A stretch of DNA of 64,000 nucleotides from Octopus vulgaris (GCA_951406725.2 OX597827.1:54746001-54810000); one strand, 5' to 3'; shown: positions 38,378-51,149, counted from the first letter of the stretch. Program-made: numbers and translations. Notes: a model not told the origin generated them from the letters alone.

Positions 38378-39410
38378 GCCATGGCTGTGTAATAAGAAGC
38401 TTGCTTCCCAACCACATTGTTCCAAATTCAGTCCTATTGCATGGCACTTTGGGTAAATGTCTTTTACTATAGCCTTGGGCCAACTAAAGCCTTGTGAGTG
38501 GATCTGGTAGATGGAAACTGAAAGAAGCCTGTCATGTGTATGATGATGATGATATATATATATATATCTATATATATAAAACTCTAGTTGTGTGAGTGTC
38601 TGTCCCCTTCGATTTAGATTCCTAACTCCTCCCACATTTTGCGGTGCAGTTTAACCAAATTCGGGTATCTTATAGTCGTGATTCATATCGAGCCCGTCTG
38701 ACTATTAGCGCGCGTCAACGATGAGTCTACGATTTTAAAAATAATTTAACATCATTTTTTATTCCATTTTAATGCATAAAATGCATCGTGTGTCGATGGC
38801 GGCGGAGTTGGCGTCCACGCTCACAGCTGCACCTGTTTGCTTCTCCCCCTTCCCTCCCTTGTGAAGCTGTGGGGAAGGGAGTGTAAAGAAATCAACGTCG
38901 TAATGCGTTGTGAAGGAGACCAGCGTTCTTTTAGAACAACGACTTCATGGCTTGAAGTCGCCAAAACAAAAATGGCTAAGAAAGCCCGAATTTATAAGGG
39001 AAGTAACTCTCTAAAAATGCTTATATAGTTATTTCCCTTACAAACCCGAGCAACGCCGGGCGATACTGCTAGTATATATATATATATATATATATATACC
39101 ACATCCTCACGTTGTTGGTTTTTCTTGTGTTTTTCTTAGTATTTTTTGGTGGGTGGGATTTTATATATATATATATATATATATAAATATGTCTGTCTGT
39201 GTCTTCCCCACCCCACCATTGCTTGACAATCGATGTTGGTGTGTTTACATTCCTGTAACATAGCAGTTCAGCAAAAGATAATGATAGAATAAGCACTAGG
39301 CTTAGCTTACAGAGAATATGTCTTGGGGTTGATTTGTTTTAACTAAAAACCTTTTAGGGTGGTGCTCCAGCATGGCCTCAGTAAAATGTCTGAAACAAGT
39401 AAAAGAATAG
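38378..39410 (+). mobile_element. CORE-type SINE split by a Helitron insertion
   Basis: 5' half at 38378-38540 and 3' half at ~39190-39410. Confidence 0.8.
38567..39072 (+). mobile_element. Non-autonomous Helitron (506 bp)
   Basis: A|TCTATATATATAAAA ... CCCGAGCAACGCCGGG hairpin, CTAG|T; no TSD. Confidence 0.85.
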
Positions 39411-39505
39411 TGAACAACAAAAAATACAAAGTACGAGTACATGGAATATGAACTATTTTTTCAAACAACGAAAGACACAAATGGAAAATAAGACAAGCAA
39501 CATAA

Positions 39506-39534
<29 letters not shown>

Positions 39535-39549
<15 letters not shown>

Positions 39550-40039
39550 TCTAGTTGTGTGAGTGTCTGTCCCCTTCGATTTAGATTCCTAACTCCTCCC
39601 ACATTTTGCGGTGCAGTTTAACCAAATTCGGGTATCTTATAGTCGTGATTCATATCGAGCCCGTCTGACTATTAGCGCGCGTCAACGATGAGTCTACGAT
39701 TTTAAAAATAATTTAACATCATTTTTTATTCCATTTTAATGCATAAAATGCATCGTATGTCGATGGCGGCGGAGTTGGCGTCCACGCTCACAGCTGCACC
39801 TGTTTGCTTCTCCCCCTTCCCTCCCTCGTGAAGCTGTGGGGAAGGGAGTGTAAAGAAATCAACGTCGTAATGCGTTGTGAAGGAAAGCAGCGTTCTTTTA
39901 GAACAACGACTTCATGGCTTGAAGACACCAAAATAAAAATGGCTAAGAAAGCCCGAATTTATAAGGGAAGTAACTCTCTAAAAATGCTTATATAGTTATT
40001 TCCCTTACAAACCCGAGCAACGCCGGGCGATACTGCTAG
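39535..40039 (+). mobile_element. Non-autonomous Helitron, near-identical to 38567-39072
   Basis: Same body and 3' hairpin-CTAG; 5' end embedded in (TA)n. Confidence 0.85.
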
Positions 40040-40412
40040 TATATATATAAAAGTCAAGTTGTGTGTCTGTCTCCTACGATTTAGATTCCTAACTACTCCC
40101 ACATTTTGCAGTGCAGTTTAACCAAAACCAGGTATCTTATAGTCGTGATTCATATCGAGCCCTTCTGGGTATTAGCGCGCGTCTACGATGAGTCTACGAT
40201 TTAAAAAAAATTTACCATCATTTTTTCCCATTTTAATGCATTTTTTCGCTATTATATATGGGAAGTAACTCTCTAAAAATGTCTACGATGAGTCAACGAT
40301 TTAAAAAAAAATTTACCATCATTTTTTTGCTATTTTTTGGCTATAACTCTCTAAAAATGCTTATATAGTTATTTCCCTTACAAACCCGAGCAACGCCGGG
40401 CGATACTGCTAG
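40040..40412 (+). mobile_element. Shorter Helitron variant joined head-to-tail to the previous copy
   Basis: Starts immediately after CTAG; internal duplication of CTACGAT..TTTAAAAAAAATTTACCATC; same 3' end. Confidence 0.85.
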
Positions 40413-40439
40413 TATATATATATAATCATTACCAAAGCT

Positions 40440-40870
40440 GGACCCTGAAGACAAGGTTTCTTCTTCTTGGCTAGGAAATGCCAATCACCTGCTGACTCTC
40501 TTCAAAATTTAAGTATGACCCTCGTTGAAATTCTTCTCATGTATCTGGGACAGTGTTGCTTCTATACACTCATAAATATCTTAAACTGCATCCAACAAAA
40601 ACAAAAAAGAATGCTATTTGGCAACCAGCCACTAGCTAACAGATGTGTTGTTTCTTCTCTCTGTCTCTGTTATTACTATTACAATGACCTTTGCTCCCCT
40701 GAAGTAGCTAGATGCATATCACCTTCACCTCCTGGCTCATCTAATACATCTACCATTGCTCATATCATCTTCTGTGTCTCACCACCCACCTTCAGTTTTG
40801 AATATTTTCAAGTCATTCTTTTCCAAAACTACAGGAGTAAGCTGGCCCCCTTCATAGAACTAATTTATAA
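40440..40870 (+). mobile_element. CR1-group LINE RT C-terminal remnant
   Basis: ILNCIQQKQKRML..QPLANRCVVSSLCLCYYYYNDLCSPE resembles LDRIQ.KA.R..QPLSHRR.VASLSLFYRYY.G.CS.E. Confidence 0.55.
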
Positions 40871-42908
40871 AAATTAAATTTTTTTTAAATGTATTGATTA
40901 AAGAAAATGAAAATCTAAAGATGGTTGTTGATCTGCTGTGTCTGAGAAGAGCTGTCCATCTCAGCCAAAATGAGGTCCTAAAACCATATCATTAATGTCA
41001 CCAATCTGTACCTGTCAAGTCTTCCCCAACAACTTATCTTCATAACCCATCGCTAACGTTGGCACTGTTTCCTTAGCTGCTGCAATTATGAGAACAGAAC
41101 TGTACATATTCCATTCCCCCCACTTTTTTTTTTTTGTGCTACCAGTTACCCTTCTCCTTGGAACCACTTCCCTTGCCACCCACTCAACCTCTCAACATCA
41201 TCCCTCATCAGTATTTTTCCCTGAATTCCCCTTTTCTCCTGAACATCTTAGATCTAGCATCGATGCATTCCCAACCCATTTTCGTCACTCACTATATCTA
41301 TCCCTACATGCTTCTGGCCTCCTCTCTGTCACTGCGCATCTCTTCTTATCAACCCTGAAAGGACAAAAGGTCGACCTTGGTGGAATTTGAACTTAGAATG
41401 TGAAGATGGGTGAAATTCCGCTAAGCATTTCACCTGCTAGGCTAACGATTCTGCCAGTTCATTGCCCTGCTCTTTTTATATGTTACTACATATCACCTTT
41501 TCCTTCCTGATCCACTTCTATTTTCCCTTACAGCCTACCAAACCAAGATTTACCACTGACTGTGCCTCCACCTATGTTCACCATCCACTGCATTCACCTC
41601 TATCCTCATCCCTACCATCTGTCACTCTTCTTTCAAACTCTCATGAACCTACCCACTCAGCCATCCTTAATTTAGTTTCTCCTCTCTTTCTCTCTTTAGC
41701 CACCTTCTTATATCTTGCTTTCACACATCATCTCTATCCTTTCTCCCTTTCCTGCTAGGGTAACTATGTATCTCCTCTACAACAAGACATCTTGCCCCTT
41801 TATCATACTTTATATTTTCACACCTGACACAAAGCCATCTCCCTCAATACTGCACTCCCACTCTGCCAAGGTGTCTTGTTTTGCTACCACTTGTGGTGAC
41901 CTCTTTAGTGTCGGTGCCATTGAAAAAAAAAAAGGAGAAAAACTTGCAATGCACTCAGTTAAATGGTTGGTGATAAGAAATGTATCTAGCCATGGAAACT
42001 TTGTCGAAGTAGACATTGTAGTGTAATACAGTCCTCTGGTGGTTTGTCAGATCCTGTAAAACTAACCAATTCATACCAGAATGGAATACAGGTGTTAAAT
42101 GATGAGGGTGATATATTTACAAATGAATTAGAGTGAAGTTTGACTATCTTCTGTTTACTTATAGCAAATTATTTCCTATATTTTCATCTTTAAATACACT
42201 TTATATATTACTTTTTCTCCCTTCAAAACCAATTATTTCAAAGTAATAGCATCATGTAGAGATATTTTTGAGAATGCTTCTAATATTTTTTTTTCACCTT
42301 AATATGATCTACTCTTCGAAGTATATACTGAAGAAATGCAAAATTGTATTCAAGGTTTTTGTTTGTTTTTTAAGATTTATGTTTCTAAAATTGATGATTC
42401 TACTTTTTCTTTTATTCCTCAAAAACAATTTTGAGCCATTAGCAATAGTTGATGTTATCACTTTCTTGTATATTTCCTCCTCTCCAAATGTATCTTTTTA
42501 GTATCACTTAAAAACCAGATTTCTTTTGAAAAGTAAGTGTAGTTATATTAATATCGTTCACATTTTCAAACAAAATCTTTTCTGCTTTGTTTTGAATTAT
42601 TTATTCCAGTGAATCAAAAATATAGAACTTACTTTCACATGAGTGTTGTTTAAATTGATTTGGAACAAAATATAAAAAGAAAATATGAGAAATTAGACAT
42701 TAAAACATGATTGTGTGGGCACCTTATTTAGCCACAATGCCTTTCCTATCTATTTGAAGACAATACCATTAGTTCAATGTTAATGGAATATATAGATTAT
42801 ATATTTCTGTTCGATTTGCCACTATCTTGATGATGGCAAGCTTGAGATAATTTGTTGAGTTGGTAGAGCTTTGGACAAAATATCATGCAGTACTTAATGT
42901 TCTTTTAC

Positions 42909-43200
42909 ATCCATCCATCTTTTCTGCCTATTTATTCCTGGGTGGGTCATGGGGGTAGAATCCTCAGGTATCTCCTCCATAAGGTCCAATCAGAAGCAAC
43001 TGTCAATACACTTACTGGCTGGATTACCAAGCATGACCAACTAAGACTATGGATATTATCCAACTATCTTGTTCTTGGTCTGTCTACTGGGTCTCCTACT
43101 AGTTTTTTCAGTTTGAAGAATTTGTCTTGCAGTTCATTCCTGCAACATTCTAATCACATATCCTTTAGATTCTAAGTTTAAGTAACACCGAGATTGAATT
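42909..43200 (-). mobile_element. RTE LINE 3' end with (GGAT)n tail
   Basis: W/LDNIHSLSWSCL..DWTLWRRYLR; a sister fragment lies at ~52069-52212. Confidence 0.6.
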
Positions 43201-43286
43201 CACTATTAATTTTTTTTTTTTTTTTTTGTGTGTTAGAGACTGATTTCATTGATTGAATCCTTCTCGAAAATTTATAGCATATACAC

Positions 43287-43639
43287 CTTTACTCTTTTAC
43301 TTGTTTCAGTCATTTGACTGTGGCCATGCTGGAGCACCGCCTTTAGTCGAGCAAATCAACCCCAGGACTTATTCTTTGTAAGCCTAGTACTTATTCTATT
43401 GGTCTCTTTTGCCGAACCGCTAAGTGACAGAGACGTAAACACACCAGCATCGGTTGTCAAGCGATGTTGGAGGGACAAACACTGACACACAGACATGCAT
43501 GCATACACACACACACACACGCACACGCGCACACACATATGACGGGCTTCTTTCAGTTTTTCGTCTACCAAATCCACTCACAAGGCTTTTGTTGGCCCGA
43601 CGCTATAGTAGATGACACTTACCCAAGGTGCCACGCAGT
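43287..43639 (-). mobile_element. CORE-type SINE, 5'-truncated
   Basis: Family match. Confidence 0.85.
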
Positions 43640-43736
43640 TAAAAGTCATAATTTTTCTTAGTGTGTCATAGTAAAGTTCTCAGGAAACTAACTTGGTTAA
43701 TTGGTTCCATTACCTAGTTGCACAAACAAACATATA

Positions 43737-43954
43737 TGAATGGGAGCTGAAAAGTTCTTGGCTTTGGGCAAAAGAAAATACAGGAGGACCAGTTACTTAT
43801 GATTTTACTCAACATAATCCCCTCTCAGGTTCACATGCTTTTCACAGTGGCCCTTCAATTTTTCTAAGTCCTGTAAAAGAACTTGGAAGGTTGGGGCCTC
43901 CAACCAGGCATTTTGCAATACCCTTAAAGCCAGGAACTTTTCAACACCCTGTCA
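43737..43954. mobile_element. mariner-type MITE with TA TSD
   Basis: TA|TGAATGGGAGCTGAAAAGTTCTTGGCTTT ... AAAGCCAGGAACTTTTCAACACCCTGTCA|TA imperfect TIRs. Confidence 0.7.
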
Positions 43955-44530
43955 TATATGAACATCACAATTTCTTATTTTTCAATCTATGTAATACTAA
44001 TCTTGTAGTCAAATTATTACATATTTCTGTTTGACTAGTTTTTATGATACCGATTCCTGTAACTTATTTTCGTTACTTAACAGCCTTGTGCTCTGCATAT
44101 ATTTTTAGTTCTTCAGATGAGATTCCTTTCCAAGTGACTGCTATGATGTCATGGGTCTTCCCTCTCTTATTTTTCTATTTTTATTATAATTATTATTATT
44201 ATTTTTATTTCTGCTTTGTTACTCTGCTTCAGCTTATCTCAGAAAATGGATGATATTACCCATAGAGAAAAACTCTAACTAATGATAACAATAAAGAATG
44301 TAATAGTAATCATGTTTTAATGTTGCTACTAAGAACTATCTTAAAAATAGGAAGACAGCAATGGTAGTATGCTGCTGTATTGCCTGTCCTTCAAAGCTTT
44401 CCTTACTGTTGGTAAGTGGGTAGGTAGGTGGGTAGTAAGGTGGGAATATCTAGCTTATAAATAAAAATAAAAACTTCACTTGCATATTATATCAGTTTGT
44501 TCAAACTTATGTGGGAGATGCTAGCAAAGA

Positions 44531-44572
<42 letters not shown>

Positions 44573-44789
44573 AGAGCTGCAACTTAGATTAGGCAGATAT
44601 AAATATATTGCTTTCCTTACTCTCTATTTCCAGTAGCAGTATTGTTGCTCTTGTTTTTTTGTATGTTTGTGTTAGAAATAATTAGTTGTGGTGGTATTGT
44701 TGGTACAGCCATGGTTCAGTTATTATGATTTCCAAGTTTCGGTAACTAGTTGCAGGTCACCATTTTTGTCCATCACAGAAGTTTGAACT

Positions 44790-45004
44790 TTGTTTCTGCT
44801 GTTTCAGTCATTTGACTGTGGCCATGCTGAGTACTGCCTTAAAGGGTTTTAGTCAAAGAAATCAACCCCCTGGACTTATTCTTTGTAAGCTTAGTACTTA
44901 TTTTATCAGTCTCTTTTGCCGAACTGCTAAGTTACAGGGACATAGATACACCAGCATCAGTTGTCAAGCAATGATAGTGGGGGGAGGGGGGCAATACAGG
45001 CACA

Positions 45005-45075
<71 letters not shown>

Positions 45076-45227
45076 GCTCCTTTCAGTTTCTGTTTACCAA
45101 ATTCACTCACAAAGCTTTGCTCTGCCCGAAGCTATTGTAGAAGACACTTACCCAAGTGCCACGTAGTGGGACTGAACCCGGAACCATGTGGTTGGGAAGT
45201 AAGCTTCTTACCACACAGCCACGCCTG
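44790..45227 (-). mobile_element. CORE-type SINE
   Basis: Family match. Confidence 0.85.
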
Positions 45228-45249
45228 TCAGTTTTTTTTCTTATAATCT

Positions 45250-45505
45250 TTTACATTATTTACATTTGATGGATATTTGTCCTCATCTTGTTTATTGTTA
45301 ACACAACATTTCAGCTGATATACCCTCCAGCCTTCATAAGGTGTCTTGGGGAAATTTCGAACCTGGGTTCTCATTCCTAAGGTATTTTGCGCTGTTATTA
45401 TTATTATTCAGGTCACTACCTGGAATCGAACTCGAAATCTTGGGTTTAGTAACCCTGCACTCTTAACCACTATGCCATATGCCCACGGGCATGTGGCATA
45501 GTGGT
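45250..45505 (-). mobile_element. tRNA-headed short element with a decayed hammerhead-like 3' part and an inverted 5' duplication
   Basis: Minus strand: TGGCATAGTGG A-box, GAGTTCGATTCC B-box, (AAT)n, then GACAC-CTTATGA-aGGCTG..CAGCT-GAAA-TGTT-GTGTT; 19-bp inverted repeat at 45466-45484/45487-45505. Confidence 0.65.
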
Positions 45506-45728
45506 CTTTTTTATCTTGTTTCAATCATTTCACTGTGGCCATGAAAGGGCACTACTTTAATGGTCAAACAAATCAACCCCAGTACTTACTTTTTACTTTT
45601 ACTTAAATCTGCTATTTTATGTACGTCTCTGTTGCTAAAACTGTTAAATTAACAGATGTAAACAAACCAACACTGGTTATCAAATGTTTGGTGGGAACAT
45701 ACACAAAAAACACACACACACACACATA

Positions 45729-45765
<37 letters not shown>

Positions 45766-46477
45766 AATGTCATTCTAAACAGTTTTCATTTACAAAAAAT
45801 TTCACTCAAAAGACACTTCTGAGTGCAATTTTTTGAATAATAATAGAAGACACTTGCCCACAGTGCCTCACAGTAGAACTGAACCTGAAACCACATCATT
45901 GCAAAACAAGCTTCTTAAGCACACAGCCATCCCTGTGCTTAGAAAATAAGGCATTCTCATGCCAGGAAATAAACTGGAGCTACCAGGATTAAAGTCTAGT
46001 AAAATAATAAGTTGAAGATACTTTGTCTTGTTGAGTTACCTGGTAACTTTGCTAGTGTCATTGTCATGTAAAAAGCACCCAGTGCACTGTGCAATGTGGG
46101 TGCCATTAGGAAGGGCCATAGAAACTATACCAAAGCAGACATTGGAGCTTGGTCAAACCATCCAACCTATTCCAGCATGGAAAACAGACATTAAGTGATG
46201 ATGATAAACCACTACCATCCTACTGCATTATTAAGCACCAGTCATTAATTAACTGATTAGGATAATCACATGATTATCTATACGAATTCATTTTTTAAAT
46301 CTTTTTTTTTTTCCTCTAATGTAGGTATAAAAATTATTACAATAAAAATTAACATAGCACCGGCTTTTCAGTTGTGAGTTTATTTTGGGCAGTAACTTGG
46401 TTTTGTTAATGCTTTTTGATGTTTGGTATTGATTTATTGATTGACTGATTGATTTCTTTAATATTTATACCAAAAGA

Positions 46478-46695
46478 AGGCAGTGAGATGGCAGTATCAT
46501 TAGCATACTAGGCAAACGCCCAGAGGTATTTCATCCGTCTTTTACATTCCAAGTTCAATTTCCGCTAAGGTCAGCTTTATCTTTCATCCTTTCAGGGTTG
46601 ATAAATCAAGTACCTGTTGATCCTGGGGTCGATGTAATTGACTTACCTCCTCCCCCTAAATTGCTGGCCTTGTGCCAAAATTCGAAATCAATATT
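46478..46695 (+). mobile_element. Deu/Nin-like SINE
   Basis: GGCAGTGAGATGGCAG head, CTTTCATCCTTTCAGGGTTGATAAA domain. Confidence 0.75.
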
Positions 46696-47285
46696 TGTAC
46701 CAAAAGTAGTTGAAATATTTTCAGAGCTCTGCTGAGCTATCCATCAAAGTTTGACAAAGTATGACCCTATATTGATGGTGTATCTAATACTCACTTCACA
46801 ACTTCCATGCTCTTAACACTAAGTTTCCAATTTAGTAAATTGGAAAAATTAGTTAGGTGCTTTTTATTTTTTACTAGAGTATAATATAATGTTATTTAAC
46901 ACTAGATAAATAATACAAAAATCAAAAACAAAAAAACCCTTTTAACAGTGAATGATACTTTGTTCACACGTTATCAGTGTTGATAAAAACCACATTCTTT
47001 AATGTCAGGAAACATTTCGGTCTTGAGCAACTAATTGTTGATTCAATATAAAGCTCAAAACTATCTTGATAAGGAAAGTGCCTCACATATCTGAGATCCT
47101 CCCTTTAATCACAATTTTAGCTTCACCAAGAAGAAAGTAATTTGCCTGATTGATAAAACATTTTTTTCCTCTCTCAATTTTTGACCATCAAACTCATGCT
47201 TTTTCCATCTCCCCAACTATTTCTATTCAACAATTCAGAATTTATCTGCACATCATGGTTATTTGAATCCATTTCCTACACGCAT

Positions 47286-47368
<83 letters not shown>

Positions 47369-47420
47369 TACACACACGCACAAATACACACACAAATACA
47401 CACACACACACATACACATG
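47286..47420. repeat. (CA)n microsatellite
   Basis: Direct inspection. Confidence 0.95.
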
Positions 47421-47819
47421 CATCAGTATGTTATTGTCTGTTATTCGCTTTTATGCTTAAACCTTGCACAAAGCATTAAATGCAGCTCTTTGTCTTCTAT
47501 GTTGCCTATCTTATTGTGAAACTCTTCTTATATGTTTTCTTTATACTAATGTTTAAAACAACTGTAAACTCCACATTAACCACTCTTTTCGTCTTGTGTT
47601 TGTCTTCTGTTCTGAGAGAAGCACCATTGCCAAGATTATTGTCCATTTTCCCCTCTGTCATATTAAAATTTCACCCCAGGTGCTGCACTGATCAATTTTC
47701 CTATTCCCTTCTTTTAAGAGCATCAATAAACAGGAATTCCTTCCAGAACATTTGTATCAATCTCACCAATTTCAAAGAATTTCTGAATTCCATGGGTACT
47801 GTCCTGTCCTTCTAATTAA

Positions 47820-48305
47820 GATATAAAGAGCGAGAAGCCCTTTATCACCAGTTGGGGTAGAAGCTTTCTGAACTTTGCCCAGGCTATTCTTATTATAGTG
47901 GTAACACTCTCTGAGCATCCAGCCCCACTACAAACTTGGTCACCTAGGTAGCGGAAGCTATCAATTACTTCTAGTTTCTTCCCCTGGCATGTGATGGAAT
48001 CTGTTTTCTGTGGTGTTTACTACCCTTGTGCATCTGCTGCACACGAAAGCTATCTTCCCTGTTAATCTTCTTTTGATGTTGCTGCACCGCTTATGTGTCC
48101 ATAGTGTACACTGGGTACATCTTATGGAGTTTCTACTTACACCTTTTCTACAGATTAAGCAGGGCCACCTACCTGAAGGGGTATGTGATGTGTTTGCCTT
48201 CCTACTTACTAGAACTCTGGTCTTTGCAACATTGACTCTAAGGCCCTTCGATTCTAAACCTTACTTCCACACCTGAAATTTCTTCTTTAGTTCTGGTAGT
48301 GATTC
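47820..48305 (-). mobile_element. RTE-type LINE RT fragment with a Cys-rich insert
   Basis: GLESKGLRVNVAKT..WPCLICRKGVSRNSIRCTQCTLWTHKRCS..CSRC..FRYLGD..AWAKFRKLLP, with stops. Confidence 0.8.
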
Positions 48306-48662
48306 TCTTTTACTTGTTTCAGTCATGTGACTGCAGCCATGCTGGAGCACTGCCTTTAGTCGAGCAAATTGACCTGAGGACTTTTACTATTGGTCTCTTT
48401 TGCCGAACCGCTAGGTTACGGGGACGTAAATACACCAGCATCAGTTGTCAAGCGATGTTGGGGGGACAAACACAGACACACAAACATATACATATATACG
48501 ACAGGCTTCTTTCAGTTTCCGTCTACCAAATCCACTCACAAGGCTTTGGTCGGCCCGAGGCCATAGTAGAAGACACTTGCCCAAGGTGCCACACAGTGGG
48601 ACTGAACCTGGAACCATGTGGTTGGTAAGCAAGCTACTTACCACACAGCCACTCCTTCGCCT
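48305..48662 (-). mobile_element. CORE-type SINE
   Basis: Family match. Confidence 0.9.
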
Positions 48663-49304
48663 GTAGTGTGTATTTTTAAACTCAAATCTGGTTTTCTGCT
48701 TTTTGGGATTTTTTTTTTTTTTGATGGAGAGTAGCACTATTATTTGTTAGCCTGTCTATGTATCTCAGTCTACCTACCTCTCCCTCTCTATGTATCTTAT
48801 TATGCAGTATGTGTGTGGATTGTTCTTTGTATGATACTTCCACATTATTTATGATACTTCCTCTTGGTGAAATAATAAATATCACAAATTTCCTATTACA
48901 TTTTCAGCAATCAAACAATTTCTTAGTTGACAAGGTACAGGCTTGGTTTCACTATAGATTCTCTGTTGGTTTTATAATAGTTGTTGGTTGTTTTCTCTCT
49001 TTAAATGCCATTTATATTTCTGTTTATAATATATTCAATTAGACTGTACAGTGTTAGGATTGCTGATTGAAGTTGTGTTTATGGATGCTGGTGTGGCTGT
49101 GCGATTTAACAAGCTTACTTTTCAACCATGTGGTCTTGGGTTCATCTCACTGCACATCACCTTGGACAAGTGTCTTCTTCTATAGCCCTGGGGCTACCAA
49201 AATCTTGTGAGTGAATTTGGTGCAAGTAAACTGAAAGTAACCAGTTGTGTGTGTTTGTATATTATTTGTTTTTGTGTTGTGTTTATCAACCATACAGTCA
49301 TATT

Positions 49305-49531
49305 TTTTTATTGCCCACAAGGGGCAAAACATAGAGGGAACAAACAAGGACAGACAAAGGGATTAAGTTGATTACATTGACCCAGTGCATAACTGGTACT
49401 TAATTTATCGTTCCCGAAAAGATGAAAGGCAAAATCGACCTCAGCAGAATTTGAACTCAAAAAGTAACAGCAGACGAAATACCACTAAGCATTTCGCCCG
49501 GCGTGCTAACACTTCTGCCAGCTCGCCGCCT
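49305..49531 (-). mobile_element. Deu/Nin-like SINE nested in a CORE SINE (~49085-49730)
   Basis: Head GGCGGCGAGCTGGCAG on the minus strand. Confidence 0.85.
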
Positions 49532-49851
49532 TATTCTCCAGTCTTGCCCACCACCACTACCACCTGACAACTGGTGTTAGTTAATTTAAGTTTCTTTATC
49601 TTAGCAGTTTGCAAAAAACAAAAACAAAACTGATAGAATAAGTACCAGACATACAAATAAGAGCTGGAGTTGATTTATTCAACCAAACTCTTCAAGACAG
49701 TGCCCCTGCACTGAAACAAGTAAAAGATAATTTTTGATATTATCTAGTGTCTTACATGACAGTGCATTGGAGTAGATATTTTGTCTTGCAGATTTTGGTG
49801 TACTGTACTCTACATACATGCACATGCATGCGCACACAAATATGTTTTGGG

Positions 49852-50093
49852 GGAGCTTGCAGAAATGTTAGCACGCCGGGCAAAATGCTTAGCGGTATTT
49901 CATCTGCCATTACGTTTGTCTGCCGTTATGTTCTGAGTTCAAATTCCGCCGAGGTCGACTTTGCCTTTCATCCTTTCGGGGTCGATAAATTAAGTACCAG
50001 TTACGCATTGGGATCAATGTAATCGACTTAATCCCTTTGTCTGTCCTTGTTTGTCCCCTCTATGTTTGGCCCCTTGTGGGCAATAAAGAAATA
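49852..50093 (+). mobile_element. Deu/Nin-like SINE with a 16-bp TSD
   Basis: ACAAATATGTTTTGGG at 49836-49851 and 50094-50109. Confidence 0.9.
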
Positions 50094-50208
50094 ACAAATA
50101 TGTTTTGGGAACCAATACCATGGCCCCCATGAACACCAATGAAGATACCGGTTTGGCACTTGTCTTTGAGGTAGCCTGTAGATGGGTGTCACACACAGTG
50201 GTGACATA

Positions 50209-50376
50209 TTAGACAGCCTGAAACCAAACAATGGCTTCCGTCTCTGGCTTACCACAAAAGTGCAACCACGTTTCCCCAGTGTTTTGCTCCAGTCTAGTTT
50301 TAAAATCACCTACAAGTCACTTCTTGGGCTAAAGAAATCTCTCCAACAAACATACAAGGCCTGGTCAAGTGAGTAC
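50209..50376 (+). pseudogene. DYNC2H1: Fragment of cytoplasmic dynein 2 heavy chain (AAA6 region), decayed
   Basis: LDSLKPNNGFRLWLTTKVQPRFPSVLLQSSFKITYKSLLGLKKSLQQTYKAWS matches the dynein-2 pattern FRLWLTAE.HP.F..ILLQSSLKITYESPPGLKKNL.RTYESW; conserved E and PP are replaced (K, LL); no good splice sites. Confidence 0.7.
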
Positions 50377-51149
50377 CCACGACAGTGAGTCCAACCTGTG
50401 CACACACACTGAGTTTCTTTTGGCAGGGTCTCCATCTACCAAATCCACTCACAAGGCTTGCATTGGCATTGGGCTACTGTAGAAGACGTTTTGCCCAAAG
50501 TTCCATGCAGCAAGACTGAACACAGAAGCAAACTTCTTACCACACAGCCACGCCTGTACCGTTACATCATTTCTTATTTGCTTATTATTTTTGATTTGAT
50601 TAGGTCTTTGTGTAAGTGTAGCTGTGTGTGTGGTTCTTTGTGTTTGTGTGATTCATTTAGTTGCATTCTTTTAAATACTTAATGACTTTCCATTATTGTG
50701 AGAATGTGTAGATAACATCTTGTTTGTTGACTGTAGACAGTAGTCAGGGTATATTGATTTATAACTTCCATTAATGAATCTTGTTTATCTTGTCTGTAAT
50801 ATAATTTTACTGTATTTCTCTTTTGCATTAAAGACATCCATCTACTATTGAGAGAATAACAGGAAGACTCTTGGCAAATTAAGACCAAACCTGTGGAACT
50901 AAAATACCCTGTACAGGCATAAAAAGTTTGCTTCCTACCCACATGATTCTGGGTTCAGTCCCACTGCATGGCACCTTAGGCAGGTGTCTTCTACTTATAG
51001 ACCTTGATTAGTCAAAGGTTAATGAGTGAATTTAATAGATGGAAATTGGAAGAGGCCTGTCGTATGTGTATATCTGTGTTTTTGCGTTTGTCCTCCACGA
51101 CTGCTTGAAAACAGGTGTCTGTTTGTTTACATCCCCCATAATTTAGCAG

